Source: an uncultured delta proteobacterium (GTDB taxonomy: Bacteria > Desulfobacterota > Binatia > UBA9968). Taken from it: a DNA stretch of 64,000 nucleotides. The position numbers and the translations under genes were made by a program. The stretch covers positions 1-64,000 of the forward strand of contig CAWDPO010000042.1 of NCBI GenBank assembly GCA_963804165.1, read 5' to 3'. The notes under the pieces were generated by a model. The model saw only the letters and a list, made by a program, of their open reading frames with translations. It did no database searches and was not told the DNA's origin. Positions within the stretch are counted from its first letter, which is position 1. Each line of letters opens with the position of its first letter. Below are positions 1 through 10,610 of this stretch, in pieces.

Positions 1-42
1 ATCGGCGCCTCGGGTCTGATTTGGGTCTAAGAAATCCCGCGT

Positions 43-600
43 CTATCTGGGGTCGATGGCGAGTTGGGATATCTTCAGCGCGACGCCAAGCGGCAATGCA
101 TTATCGCCGGTGCTTAGAGCCGTGCCCAATCTTTCGATCTCCCACGATGAGACCTTTTCGTTGGCAGGGGCTTCTTTTACGGCGACCTGCAACTTATCGG
201 CCTGCGGCAGCTTGATCAGGTACTTGACGTTGTTCCCGTCGCTTAGAGTCACCGAGAGAACCATCTGTTTGCCTTCTTCGGTTGCCAATGTCTGAAGCCC
301 GGCAATTCGACTCGAAAGGCTCGTCTTGCTCACCGTATCCGCATACAGCCAGATGAAGGCGCCGATGAAGGACGCCATCACCAACCAGGCATACTGGCCC
401 GCCCGTTTCTGGCGCTTTATCGACCGGCTTCTCTGGAGATCGAAGAACTTGCGATAAGACTCCTTTTCCGCCGTCAGTTTCTTGACTGGATCTTGCTCCG
501 GCGAACTCGGCGGTTGATTGAACCCGAGATCGAAGCTGTTCAGTATCATACCCAGAATCACCAACCCCAGGGGAACCGCGATTATAAATAGAGGATTCAT
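43..600 (-). CDS. hypothetical membrane protein with two hydrophobic segments
   Basis: 185-aa ORF with AAGGAG RBS; hydrophobic N-terminus (LFIIAVPLGLVILGMIL) and second segment (AWLVMASFIGAFIWLY); no recognised family. Confidence 0.7.
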   Translation of the reverse strand: MNPLFIIAVPLGLVILGMILNSFDLGFNQPPSSPEQDPVKKLTAEKESYRKFFDLQRSRSIKRQKRAGQYAWLVMASFIGAFIWLYADTVSKTSLSSRIAGLQTLATEEGKQMVLSVTLSDGNNVKYLIKLPQADKLQVAVKEAPANEKVSSWEIERLGTALSTGDNALPLGVALKISQLAIDPR

Positions 601-1045
601 AACTCTCCTTTTTCAGGCTCGTCATGAGCCTTCGGATATTGGAAGAGGGAGGGGTCTGAACCGGGAATACGTTCGTTGTCGAACCGGAGCGGAAGTCATC
701 CCAACGTTGGTTAGGCCGACGGGCCTTCTACCTCTTGCGCGCCATTACAGATCTCGAAAATCCAATAGATTCTTCACCTATTATGAACAACGTAGACTAA
801 CTTGGAAAGGTTTGCTGTCTAATATTGGACAATGTTGAAAAGAAAAAAACCGATCACGAAACACGAACACGCCTATCACGGCCACCGCCCCGTTCCAGAC
901 GTTTCATCGCTGCGCTCACCAAGCTGCTGCGGTCCGCTCCAAACACGCAAGTCCTTTAACGGATTTAAGAAAACGGGGGAACTTCCACTTTTCGGGAATG
1001 CTCGAAACGTCGGAATGGCAGGGTACCCCGTAAGGACTTGCCGCA

Positions 1046-2131
1046 TCATTCGTCGCGCACGATGACGCACGCGTCAGGGTGAGCGGCAGCGATGATCTGT
1101 TGGCCGGTTTCGTACCGTTGGGTCGGCGGCGCGATGACGCGCAAGACTCCGGACGACGGGAGTTGAACCGTATAATCGACCGAGTCACCGAAGTAGATCG
1201 AGCGCCCAATGACGCCCGGAAAGAGATTGTAATTTTGTTCCGCCATACGACGTGCTTCAGCGTCGCCGGAAACCAAGGAAATATTATGCGGCCTCAGGCA
1301 GACCGTCGCCCGCTCCGGCTGCGAGGATTCGCTGGCGGCGACGCGAATCTTGACTCCATCTCCCAGCTGTAACAAACCGTCGCCATCGAAGCGCCCAGTG
1401 AGGATGTTTGCTTTGCCGACAAATTCGGCGACAAAACGCGTCGCCGGTCGGTCGAAGATCTCATTTGGCCGCCCCACCTGTACGAGCCGGCCGCGGTCGA
1501 TCACGGCGATCCGGTCAGACGTCGCCATAGCCTCGGCCTGATCGTGCGTCACATAGACCGTCGTGATTTTGAATTCTTCGTGCAGACGGCGGATTTCGAA
1601 GCGCATCTCCTCGCGCAGGTTGGCGTCGAGATTACTGAGCGGCTCATCCATTAAAAGAATCTGCGGCTCCACGACCAAGGCGCGGGCCAATGCCACCCGT
1701 TGCTGCTGTCCGCCGGACAGCTCGGCGGAATAGCGATCTTTGAACTCCGCCAAATGCACGACGCCGAGCAGCTTAGTGACTTTCTTCTCGATTTCCTGTT
1801 TCGTGAATTTTTTGAATTTGAGTCCGTAGGCGACGTTTTGCGCCACCGTCATATGCGGCCAAACCGCATAGCTTTGAAAGATCATAGACATCTGGCGCCG
1901 CTCCGGCGGCACGAGCAGCGCGGCGGATGAGATCACTTCACCGCCGACGCGTATCTCGCCGCCGTCCGGCTGCAAAAATCCGGCGAGCAAACGCAACGTC
2001 GTGGTCTTGCCGCAACCGGAAGGACCGAGAAGAGAGACGAATTCACCGTCGCCGATCTCCAAATGGAGCTCGTCGACGGCGGCAGTATCGGTGAATTTCT
2101 TCGTGAGCCCGCGTATGGAGACAATCGCCAT
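1046..2131 (-). CDS. ABC transporter ATP-binding protein (FbpC/PotA type)
   Basis: Walker A GPSGCGKT, signature LSGGQQQR, Walker B LLMDEP, VTHDQ H-loop, TOBE-like C-terminus. Confidence 0.95.
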   Translation of the reverse strand: MAIVSIRGLTKKFTDTAAVDELHLEIGDGEFVSLLGPSGCGKTTTLRLLAGFLQPDGGEIRVGGEVISSAALLVPPERRQMSMIFQSYAVWPHMTVAQNVAYGLKFKKFTKQEIEKKVTKLLGVVHLAEFKDRYSAELSGGQQQRVALARALVVEPQILLMDEPLSNLDANLREEMRFEIRRLHEEFKITTVYVTHDQAEAMATSDRIAVIDRGRLVQVGRPNEIFDRPATRFVAEFVGKANILTGRFDGDGLLQLGDGVKIRVAASESSQPERATVCLRPHNISLVSGDAEARRMAEQNYNLFPGVIGRSIYFGDSVDYTVQLPSSGVLRVIAPPTQRYETGQQIIAAAHPDACVIVRDE

Positions 2132-2134
2132 GAG

Positions 2135-3862
2135 CTATTCCCGCGTCGCCACAACTTCCCGTCCCGCCAGCCACTGGACCGCAAGGATCACCGCGAAGGA
2201 AACCGCCAACAAGAGAATTCCTAAAACGGCGATGACTCCTATCTGCCCTTCTTCTTTGAGATCGAAGATGACCACCGAGACAACCTTGGACTGCGGCGCA
2301 AATAACAGGATCGCCGCGCTGAGCTCGCGGATGACGCCGATGAAGATGAACGACCAGGCCGCGATCAGTCCCGAGCGCGCCAGCGGCGCGGTGACGTCCT
2401 TCAGCGTGGTCAGCCGGTTTGCGCCGATAATCCGGCTGGCATCTTCGAGCTCGGGGTGAATGCTCTTGAAGGTAGACTCCGCCTGAGAAAAACCGATGGG
2501 CATTTCCTTTGTCAAAAAAGCGACGAAAAGAATCCAAATAGTGCCGTAGAGCACCAGCGGCGGCCGCGTGTACGCGATGAACAGACCCACGGCTAATACG
2601 ATGCCAGGAATGACCAGCGGCGCCAGCGCAAAGAAACTCAGATAGCGCGCGCCGCGAAACAGATTGCGATTGGTAATGTAGGCGATCAGCGTCGCTAACA
2701 GCGTGCCGACGGTCGCGGTGATCAGTCCCAACTTAAAAGTATTGTAGATCGCCCGTTGGGTATCGCCGTACTCGAAAAAAGTAAACGAAAGGTTGTGCAG
2801 CGTAAAATTATCCCAGGTCAACGGCAGTGCCCACGCTTTGGAGAGCGCCGCCTTGAGCAAGATCCAATAGGGCAAGAAGACCGAAAGCGAAAGAATTCCG
2901 AACACGAAGAGCAGCACCGGAATCCGGCCCCAGCCAAGGCGGATCAACCGTTTCTGTCCGCCTTTGCCGCCGACCGTGCTGTAGCCTTTGCGCCCGAGAA
3001 TTTTTTTCTGCACGGCGATCAGCGCCATCGTCGCCAAGAGCAGCGGTACGGAAAAGGCGGCAGCCATATCCAGGCGCGGCGGATATTGAAACAGCGCCCA
3101 GATCTGCGTGGTAATCGTGTGCAAGCCCGCGGGCAGGCCGAGAATCGCCGGCGCGCCGAAGAGCGACAGCGATTGAAGAAATGCCAGGATGAAGCCGCCG
3201 ATCAATGCCGGCATCGCCAGCGGCAGTGTCACCGTCCAAGCCGTGTGCCACTTGTTCGCGCCGAGAATCTCCGCAGCATCTTCGAGGTCCGACGAAATCA
3301 GCTCGCATACGTTGGCGATCATCGAAAACACGTAGGGAAAGCTGTACAGCGCCATGACGAAAATAAGACCCGGCATCGTGAAGATGTTGAAGATCGCTTC
3401 TTCCGAACCCGTCGCGGCACGGTAAAGCTTGTTCAGCGAACCCGCGTTGGGTCCAGCGAGCAGCGTCCAGGCAAACGCTCCCAGGAACGGCGGCGTCACG
3501 AAGGAGGCCATGACCAACGCGCGGATCGGTTTTTTCCAGGGTAAATCGGTGCGCGCCACCAGCCAGGCGAGCAGAGCGCCAATGATCACCGCGAGCACTC
3601 CCACCCAGGTGGAAATGATCAAGCTGTTCCAGATCGCCTTGAGGAATTGCTCGTTGGTAAAGACTTCAAGATATCTGCTAAACGTGACGCCGGAGTCACC
3701 CCACAAGCTGGCGCGAAAAATTGCGCCCAGCGGGAACAGCATGAGGAAAACAAGAAGAAGCGCCGCGCCGATCCAAATGGGAAGGGTCGGATCTTTGAAT
3801 CGAAGCGCGGACCAACTTGTGCCGCCGACTCGATCGAGCGTCCCGGTTTGAGAAGCGGGCAT
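2135..3862 (-). CDS. ABC transporter permease (FbpB-type, duplicated membrane domain)
   Basis: 575 aa, many TM segments, two EAA loops (LEDAAEILGA; LEDASRIIGA). Confidence 0.93.
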   Translation of the reverse strand: MPASQTGTLDRVGGTSWSALRFKDPTLPIWIGAALLLVFLMLFPLGAIFRASLWGDSGVTFSRYLEVFTNEQFLKAIWNSLIISTWVGVLAVIIGALLAWLVARTDLPWKKPIRALVMASFVTPPFLGAFAWTLLAGPNAGSLNKLYRAATGSEEAIFNIFTMPGLIFVMALYSFPYVFSMIANVCELISSDLEDAAEILGANKWHTAWTVTLPLAMPALIGGFILAFLQSLSLFGAPAILGLPAGLHTITTQIWALFQYPPRLDMAAAFSVPLLLATMALIAVQKKILGRKGYSTVGGKGGQKRLIRLGWGRIPVLLFVFGILSLSVFLPYWILLKAALSKAWALPLTWDNFTLHNLSFTFFEYGDTQRAIYNTFKLGLITATVGTLLATLIAYITNRNLFRGARYLSFFALAPLVIPGIVLAVGLFIAYTRPPLVLYGTIWILFVAFLTKEMPIGFSQAESTFKSIHPELEDASRIIGANRLTTLKDVTAPLARSGLIAAWSFIFIGVIRELSAAILLFAPQSKVVSVVIFDLKEEGQIGVIAVLGILLLAVSFAVILAVQWLAGREVVATRE

Positions 3863-3880
3863 GAATGTTTTAACCAGCTG

Positions 3881-4904
3881 CTACGCGCCAAACAATTCAG
3901 TGAAGCGCTTCTTTATCTCGGCATTGCGTTTTTCCAGCTCGTCGGCGTCTGCCGGCAGAAGTTTCAGATCCTTGAGCTTGGGCTTGTCCGCCGGATAAGT
4001 GACCTCCGGATGGCCGGTATAAAGACCTTCCTTATCCGCCAACAGCTGCTGCGACTCTTTGGAAAAAATAAACTCGGTGAAGAGTTTCGCGGCATTGGGA
4101 TGCGGCGCGTCTTTGGCAATCGCTACCGGCGATACCACGAGCGGAACGCCTTCTTTGGGATAGATGATTTTGATCGGATTGCCCTGTTTCATTGTCTTGT
4201 AATAAAAATATTCCGCACCGTTGACGCCCACAGGCCGCTCTCCCGATGCGACGACGCCCGCCGGGATCGTTGGCCGACTGAGCGATGTGCAATTTGTATT
4301 TCGCCAGATCGCGAAAGTAGTCCCAGCCATAGGCGTTCACCAGCGTCAGCACATGGGTCATGATGATGCCGCTGTAGCCGGGATGGGCGGTAACCATCTT
4401 GCCGCTCCATTTGGGATTTAGAAGATCCTTCCAAGTTTTCGGCGCGTCCTTTTCCGCAACAATCTTCGGGTTATAAGCCATGACCGAAAGCGTGGCACGC
4501 ATGCCATAGTAAAAGCCGGCCTTATCCTTGAAGCCGTCCGGAAAGCCGGCGACGCCCTGGGGCGTGAACTTCAAAAGCATTCCTTTATCTTTCAGAAGCT
4601 CGAAGTGGCCGGCATCCGAGGTGTGAACGATATCGGCGTTTTTCAATCCCGCCGACGCTTCCTGCATGAATCTTTGCAGCACGCGCTGCGAGCCATTGCG
4701 GTGGACTTCCACCTCGATGCCTTTGTACTTGTTCTGAAAATAGTGCGCGATCGCGGTGGAGGACGGAATTGCCAATGAGGTATGCCAGACGACCTTCGCC
4801 TCCTTTCGCGCCGCCTGAATCAGCGCGGCATCTTGCGCCGCAGCCGGCGACGCCGCTACAAATGCTGCAACGAACATGACGAAGCAAGAACTGATCTTTT
4901 TCAT
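3881..4904 (-). CDS. ABC transporter extracellular solute-binding protein (Fe3+/thiamine-like family); indel near 4260-4300
   Basis: Signal peptide MKKISSCFVMFVAAFVAASPAAAQ; motifs PKTWKDLLNPKWSGK and APHPNAAKLF in two overlapping frames. Confidence 0.88.
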
Positions 4905-4973
4905 ATTTGCCTCCTTATCGCTCGATTAGACCCGTACTTGTCAAATTTTGAACAGAATGAATCCAAGAACTTT

Positions 4974-5045
4974 CTCGCGCAAAGACGTAAAGAACGCCAA
5001 CTTCTGAGAAATTGGAAGTTATGTTTCTTTGCGCCTTGGCGCGAG
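4974..5045. repeat. REP/MITE-like long inverted repeat
   Basis: ctcgcgcaaagacgtaaagaa (4974-4994) matches the reverse complement of ttctttgcgccttggcgcgag (5025-5045) at 18/21; inner aacttc/gaagtt stem. Confidence 0.7.
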
Positions 5046-5142
5046 TCATCATTCTACCGAACCCTTAGTCCAACTCTAACCGAAAATTTCAAAACGCTTT
5101 GACTGCATCGTCCCATTACTAACTTACTTCCCACGCGGCTCA

Positions 5143-6517
5143 TTATTGCGGAATCAGTTTTTCAGTCAACAACGCAATCGCCGGAAGCTCTTCAAGGCGA
5201 TCAACCAGTTTTACAATTTCGTCAATTTGGTGCGCAGCCAGGGCCAAACCCGCGTTGGCGCGAAATTTCGCTTCGATCTCCTGCGGCGGCAGCGGATCTT
5301 CAAAGCCGCCGCGCGGATGCGGCTGGTTTTCTTCGAGCACCATGCCGTCGGTCAATCTGACCTTCACATGACCGGAAAAATGGCGCGGGTAGTCGATCGT
5401 CGGATCGAGCTCGTAGCGCACCTTTGCGGCTAGCTCGAGAATCTTGCGATCATGGATCGCTTCCTCGGTGAATTCGTCAAGCCCGGCTCTACCGCGTATT
5501 AACATGACCGCGATACTAAACGGCAAGCTGAACTTTCGCGCCGTAAGAACTGACCGGTTTTTGTTTGTCCGCAAGCGGTTCCCAAAGTCGATGCACCGGT
5601 CCCTCCGCGGTGCGGCAAATGACTTCGGCGATCTGTTCCGGAGCCGGCGCATACTTTTGCTTGATCCTGAGCGCGCAGTCCATGTACGGATGCGAAATCG
5701 AGCCGCACGGGTAGGACTTGAACGTCAGCCGTGGAATCTCCCACTCTTTGCCGAGCTCCAGGATTTTGTCGAAACGATAATCGTTCTTACCGCCGAACGC
5801 GCTGAAAAACCCATGCGTGCCTTCGAAAACTTTAGCGGGCCCGCGGAAACCTTCCTTCGCTAACATCGTCGCGATCACGCCGCCGTGAGCCGACCAGCCG
5901 GGATGCATGCGTTTGGTCCAAGTGCCGTCGGCAAGATATTCGATAATCCCCGAGCTCTGGCTGCCGCACAGGCCGAGCGCATCCACCCATTGGTTGGCAT
6001 CGAGGCCGTAGAGCTTGCCGGCCGCGGCCGCGGCGCCGAAGGTCGAACAGATCGCGGTCGGATGAAAACCGCGGGCGTGAAATTTTCCCGGCGCGACCAA
6101 GCCGACTTTGCACAGGACTTCGGTGCCGCCGATCGCCGCTTCAAGCACGGCCGCCCCGCGAGCGCCGACTTCTTCGCCCACGGCCAACGCCGTCATCCAC
6201 GCGCAGCAGCCGGTATGGACGACGGCTTCCTCGAGGGTATCGTCGTAATCCAAACCATGCGCCAAAGTACCATTCGCGATCACGGCATTGGCGGCGGCAA
6301 CCCGCGACGAAGCGCCGATCAACAAACTCTGGCTCGGGCCGCCGAGCTTTTGCGCAACCTTCGTCACCATCGCGCCGAAATCCATGGTCGACGATGCTAG
6401 CGCAACGCCCAGAGTATCGAGAAAAACCAATTTGGCTTTGCCAACGACGGCGGGCGGCACGTCGCCGAGTTTCAATTCGCCGACAAAACGCCCTATGTTT
6501 TGCGAGTACGGCTCCAC
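5143..6517 (-). CDS. MmgE/PrpD family protein; indel near 5520-5540
   Basis: ANGTLAHGLDYDD, GFHPT, KRMHPG, KSYPC motifs; C-terminal KFSLPF...PRGG...IEAKF in an adjacent frame. Confidence 0.9.
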
Positions 6518-7947
6518 GTTTTGCTCCTGAATTTTGCCCGTTGATTTGGATGTTTTGATTTTGCCTTGTTCGCGGTCAATGCTCGAATGAGCGGTGCGAT
6601 GCTCGGCAGCTCTTCGATTTGACCGACCAATTGAATGGCGGCTTCACTCTTGTTGCGCGGCGTCACCAGGTCGGCGCAGTCGAGAAATTTGTCTCCCAGC
6701 TCGGACCAACTCAGGGGTTTCTCCGGATGTCCGCGCGCGACATCGTAACGCCCTTCGATCACCCCGCCGTTCCTAAGTTTGATGCGAATCCGCGAGCGCA
6801 CTTGATCATAGCCAAGCCGCTCCAGCTCATCGTCGACGGAGAGCGTCACCCGTTTCATCAATTCGATGACTCTCTTGTCGCACACTTTGCGGTCCTGGAA
6901 CTGCGCGATGCCTGCCTTGCGCTCGAGCACAGCGATCGCCATGCAGAAGGGGATGCTGAACTTACCCTCCAAGGCGGTCTTGGGCATCGGGTAAATGAGC
7001 GCGTTGGGCACGTTCGAATTCGTGCCGACGTCGATATGCTCGATGTCCGCGGCGCCAAGATCATTCTGTTTTACCAAATCGAGTATCAAATCCTGCGCCG
7101 GATGAGATAGGGAACCGGATGGATAAGGCTTAATCGAAATTCCCGGCTCTTTCATGAAATACGGCGAGCCTAGGCGTCCGGAAATTTTGCTCTCGTCGTA
7201 ACCACCTGCCATGGCGTTGAAGAAGCCGCGGCGTGCTTCGAGAATATTCGCCGCAGCCGTGAAACCGTCGCGCGCCAGCAAAGCCGCGGTCACGCCGTTC
7301 TCAGCGGCACGTCCGGCATGCAGCGGTTTGGTCATGGTGCCGAAGTTTTCGCGCAATCCCGACGCCATGCTCGCCGCGATGCCCAGCGTGCAAATAAGCT
7401 GCTCTTCCTTGAGGCGGAGGATTTTCCCCACCGCCATCGCCGCACCGAGACCGCCCATCGTAGCAGTGGAATGAAACCCGGATTGATAATGGCGCGGGTT
7501 AATCGCGTCGGCAATGCGGCATTCGACTTCCACGCCCAAGAGATAGGCCAAAACAAATTCAGCGCCGCTGATTTTCTCTTTCTCCCCGATGGCCAAGACT
7601 GCCGCGAGCACCGGCGTGGTCGGGTGGGTCAGCAAACCGTACACTGCTTCCTTGGAAGTCGAAAGCTGAGTATCATCATAATCCATCGCGTGGCCGGCGA
7701 CGCCGTTGGCCAATGCCGCCTTCGCCACCGGCGCCGTAAAAGAGGTTCCGAGAATGGAAGACTCGCCCTTCCCGCTCATTTGTCGGATTTGCGCTTGCAC
7801 GATACGCGAGCACTCGTCGGTGGAGCCGGCCAACGCAACCCCCAGCCCGTCCAGGATGAATCCGCGCGCCAGCTGCGCGACATCCTCGGGAATATCCCGG
7901 CGTCGTGTCTGCGCGACGAACTTTGCCACCTCTTGAGTCAGCCCCAT
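6493..7947 (-). CDS. MmgE/PrpD family protein
   Basis: ANGVAGHAMDYDD, GFHST, TKPLHAG, KPYPS, KFSIPF; likely start MGLTQEV at 7947. Confidence 0.93.
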   Translation of the reverse strand: MGLTQEVAKFVAQTRRRDIPEDVAQLARGFILDGLGVALAGSTDECSRIVQAQIRQMSGKGESSILGTSFTAPVAKAALANGVAGHAMDYDDTQLSTSKEAVYGLLTHPTTPVLAAVLAIGEKEKISGAEFVLAYLLGVEVECRIADAINPRHYQSGFHSTATMGGLGAAMAVGKILRLKEEQLICTLGIAASMASGLRENFGTMTKPLHAGRAAENGVTAALLARDGFTAAANILEARRGFFNAMAGGYDESKISGRLGSPYFMKEPGISIKPYPSGSLSHPAQDLILDLVKQNDLGAADIEHIDVGTNSNVPNALIYPMPKTALEGKFSIPFCMAIAVLERKAGIAQFQDRKVCDKRVIELMKRVTLSVDDELERLGYDQVRSRIRIKLRNGGVIEGRYDVARGHPEKPLSWSELGDKFLDCADLVTPRNKSEAAIQLVGQIEELPSIAPLIRALTANKAKSKHPNQRAKFRSKTWSRTRKT

Positions 7948-8052
7948 GCGACCCTCGAATGGTCCGGCTTTGCTTGACAAGAATTTTACCGCCGTAATAC
8001 CCTCGCGCAACATTGCACCGGCGAAAGATCAAGATCAAGAGGAGTCAACAGC

Positions 8053-8891
8053 ATGGAATTGCTGAGCGTCGTTATCGGTCCGCATCAATGGCCGCGGGAG
8101 TCTTGGCAATGCTCGTCGATCCTGGCCGGCGTTTATTTGGGTCACCGGCAAAGTCGAGGGCTACGATCCGATCAAGAAATGCTTCTCCGCGACAACGCTG
8201 CGCTCTGGGAATTCGCTACGCGCTATACACAGTCGCCGTGGTCTATGCCTTGCTCGGCATCTTCGACCGCTCTCAGGGAGATTCGGGGATCTTCGAATTT
8301 TCCATCCACGCCCTTCTGGCTGCGCTGCTCATTCACCTGTCGCGCTATCTAAATGATTGGTTGATCCTTTACGACTTCAACAATAACCGCGAAGTGGTTC
8401 AAGAGAAAAATATCGCCGTCGCGCTGGTCGAGGGCGCGACCTACGTCGCCAGCGCCTACGTGGTTGCGGCGGCATTTTACGACTGTGAGAGCGGGCTATG
8501 GCTCGCCGTTGTCTGGTTTCTGATCGGGCAGCTGCTCTTAATAGCGCTCGCTTTGTTGTATCGTGTTATTCGCCAGCGGTGTCGATGCGGCACTCGACGC
8601 TCACAACGTCAGCGGTCGGCATCTCCCTGGGGAGCTTTCTTTTCGGGCGGCATTGCATGTGGAGCGGCGATCAGCGGACCGTCCGGAGGTTGGCGGCACG
8701 ATATCCTGGCGGTCGCTTTTTTCCTATCGCTTTGGCTCGCATTCATCGGCGTGACGCATTTTCTCACCGAGCTATTGGTTTTCCGCTCGTCGCGTCTGAG
8801 TGACGAGGTCATGCGTCAACAAAATATTGCCGCGGCGCTTTTCAAAGCGGTGCTATTTCTCGCCGTGACTCTTGGCTACACCCATGGATAA
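8053..8891 (+). CDS. DUF350 (YjfL-like) multi-pass membrane protein, duplicated domain; indels
   Basis: AGGAG RBS; repeated motifs EVVQEKNIAVAL and EVMRQQNIAAAL typical of DUF350; sits upstream of ygiB/ygiC-like genes. Confidence 0.7.
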
Positions 8892-8897
8892 TCGGCG

Positions 8898-9258
8898 ATG
8901 AAAAAGTCCGCGAAAGTCAATCTGGTCTTTCTCTCGTCATTTGCCGCCGGCGTGATGAACGCATGTGGCGGATGATGGCGGCGACTGGGTCGAAGCCAAG
9001 CGCTGCGTCAATCCCGACAATGTGGTCATCGAAGACCGCTGGTGCGAGGATCAGTCGACTCATCCCGGGGGGCACGGCGGCGGCTTTTACCATCACTACT
9101 ACGGCGGGCGCGGTTATTATCCCGGCGACGTTGCCTCTGGCGGCGGTCGGATTCCCCAGCAGGGAATAAGGTATGAAAGCCCTAGTCGCATCCCGCGCGG
9201 CGGCTTTGGCTCGACCGGCAAAGCCTTCGTCGGCCACGGCAGTTCCATCGGCGGCTAG
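8898..9258 (+). CDS. YgiB/DUF1190-like lipoprotein with Gly-rich tail; indel after lipobox
   Basis: MKKSAKVNLVFLSSFAAGVMNACG signal ending in Cys; then C-x12-C and RGGFGSTG tail. Confidence 0.65.
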
Positions 9259-9276
9259 CTGATACTCGACATCGCG

Positions 9277-10423
9277 ATGAAACGAGTTACGACAACACCG
9301 CGCATCCATTGGGAGAAAAAAGTCGAAGAGATCGGTCTCATCTACCATCACACCGGCGGCCGTCCCTACTGGAACGAAGTCGGCCTATTACGCTTTCCGC
9401 TTCTACGGAAATCGAGCGATCGAGTTAGCGACGAACGAATTGCACGGCATGTGTCTTGCAAGGCCGCGCAGCACGTCATCGATCAGAACCGTTACAGGGA
9501 ACTCGCCATTCCCGACGCGGCAATCCCCGTGATCAAGCAGGCGTGGGAAGACGAACCGCCGGCGCATATACGGTCGCTTCGACCTGGCATACGATGGCGA
9601 CCAATTGAAATTGCTCGAATACAATGCTGACACGCCGACGGCTTTGCTCGAAGCGTCCGTGGCGCAATGGTATTGGCTGCAGGAGCTTTTTCCCAAGCGG
9701 GATCAGTTCAATTCCATCCACGAAAAAGCTTTTGGCCAAATGGCATGATCTCAAGCGCTACGTGGCGGGCACCGTTCACTTTGCCTATCTCGAGCCGCCG
9801 GACGTCGAGAACAGCGAGGATCTCATGACGGTGAGCTACTTGATGGATGTTGCCGCACAGGCCGGCATCGAAACCGTGTTGCTGCGGATCGACGATATCG
9901 GCTGGGATGCTGAGCGAAGTTGCTTTGTCGATCTCGACGGGCAACCGATCCGCAGCATTTTCAAACTCTATCCCTGGGAATGGCTGCTACGCGATCCCTA
10001 CGCGCCTCAATTGCTGTCCACATATACGTTGACCCAATGGATCGAGCCGATTTGGAAAATGCTCTTGTCCAACAAAGGGATTTTGCCGATCCTATGGGAA
10101 ATGTTTCCCGAGCCATCCGAATTTACTCGAATGTTATTTCAACGACGCCAAGAAATTGAACGACTATGTGAAAAAACCTCTGCTTTCAGAGAAGGCGCAA
10201 ATCTCACTATTCGGCGCGGCGGGTCGGTCGAAGAAACCACGGGTCCGTACGGCGCCGAAGGATTTGTCTATCAAGAGGCTCGCCCGCATACCGAACTTCG
10301 ATGGCGCCTTCCCGTCCTGGGCAGCTGGTTTATCGACGGCGTCGCCGCTGGTATCGGCATTCGAGAATCTTCGAGCCCGGTACCGATAATTTGAGTTGCT
10401 TTGTGCCGCATCTCTTCGAATGA
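9277..10423 (+). CDS. glutathionylspermidine synthase family ATP-grasp protein (YgiC/YjfC-like); several indels
   Basis: PYWNE, YGRFDL and LLEYNADTPT (across frames), FKLYPWEW, IEPIWKMLLSNKGILPILWEMFP, C-terminal FVPH. Confidence 0.88.
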
Positions 10424-10445
10424 TTCCAGCCGGTCGTCACCTACC

Positions 10446-10474
10446 TTGACAGGCCGTAAGGGCTGCGATAGTGT
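10446..10474 (+). promoter_or_regulatory. sigma70-type promoter of the SAM-I operon
   Basis: TTGACA (10446-51), 17-nt spacer, TAGTGT (10469-74), just upstream of the riboswitch. Confidence 0.6.
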
Positions 10475-10487
10475 TTCTGCAGCTGGA

Positions 10488-10602
10488 CACCTTATCCAGA
10501 GTGGTGGAGGGATAGGCCCTTCGAAGCCACAGCAACCGGTTCCGAAATACGGAACGCTGGTGCTAATTCCGACCTCTGACTTTTGGAGGTAAAGATAGGG
10601 TG
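10488..10602 (+). ncRNA. SAM-I (S-box) riboswitch
   Basis: CTTATCCAGAG, GGAGGGA..GGCCC, GAAGCC, AGCAACC, GGTGCTAATTCC, AAAGATAGGG; P1 caccttatc/gatagggtg. Confidence 0.95.
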
Positions 10603-10610
10603 AGGTCTTG

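Noticed and set aside
639-739. Degenerate tRNA-Ser/Sec-like element on the minus strand (ggttcagacccctccctcttcca resembles a tRNA 3' end)
   Set aside because: No proper anticodon arm or T-stem can be folded; kept only as a structured leader candidate.
7948-8013. N-terminal extension of the first PrpD ORF
   Set aside because: Family similarity begins at MGLTQEV (7947); the upstream stretch is the divergent promoter region.
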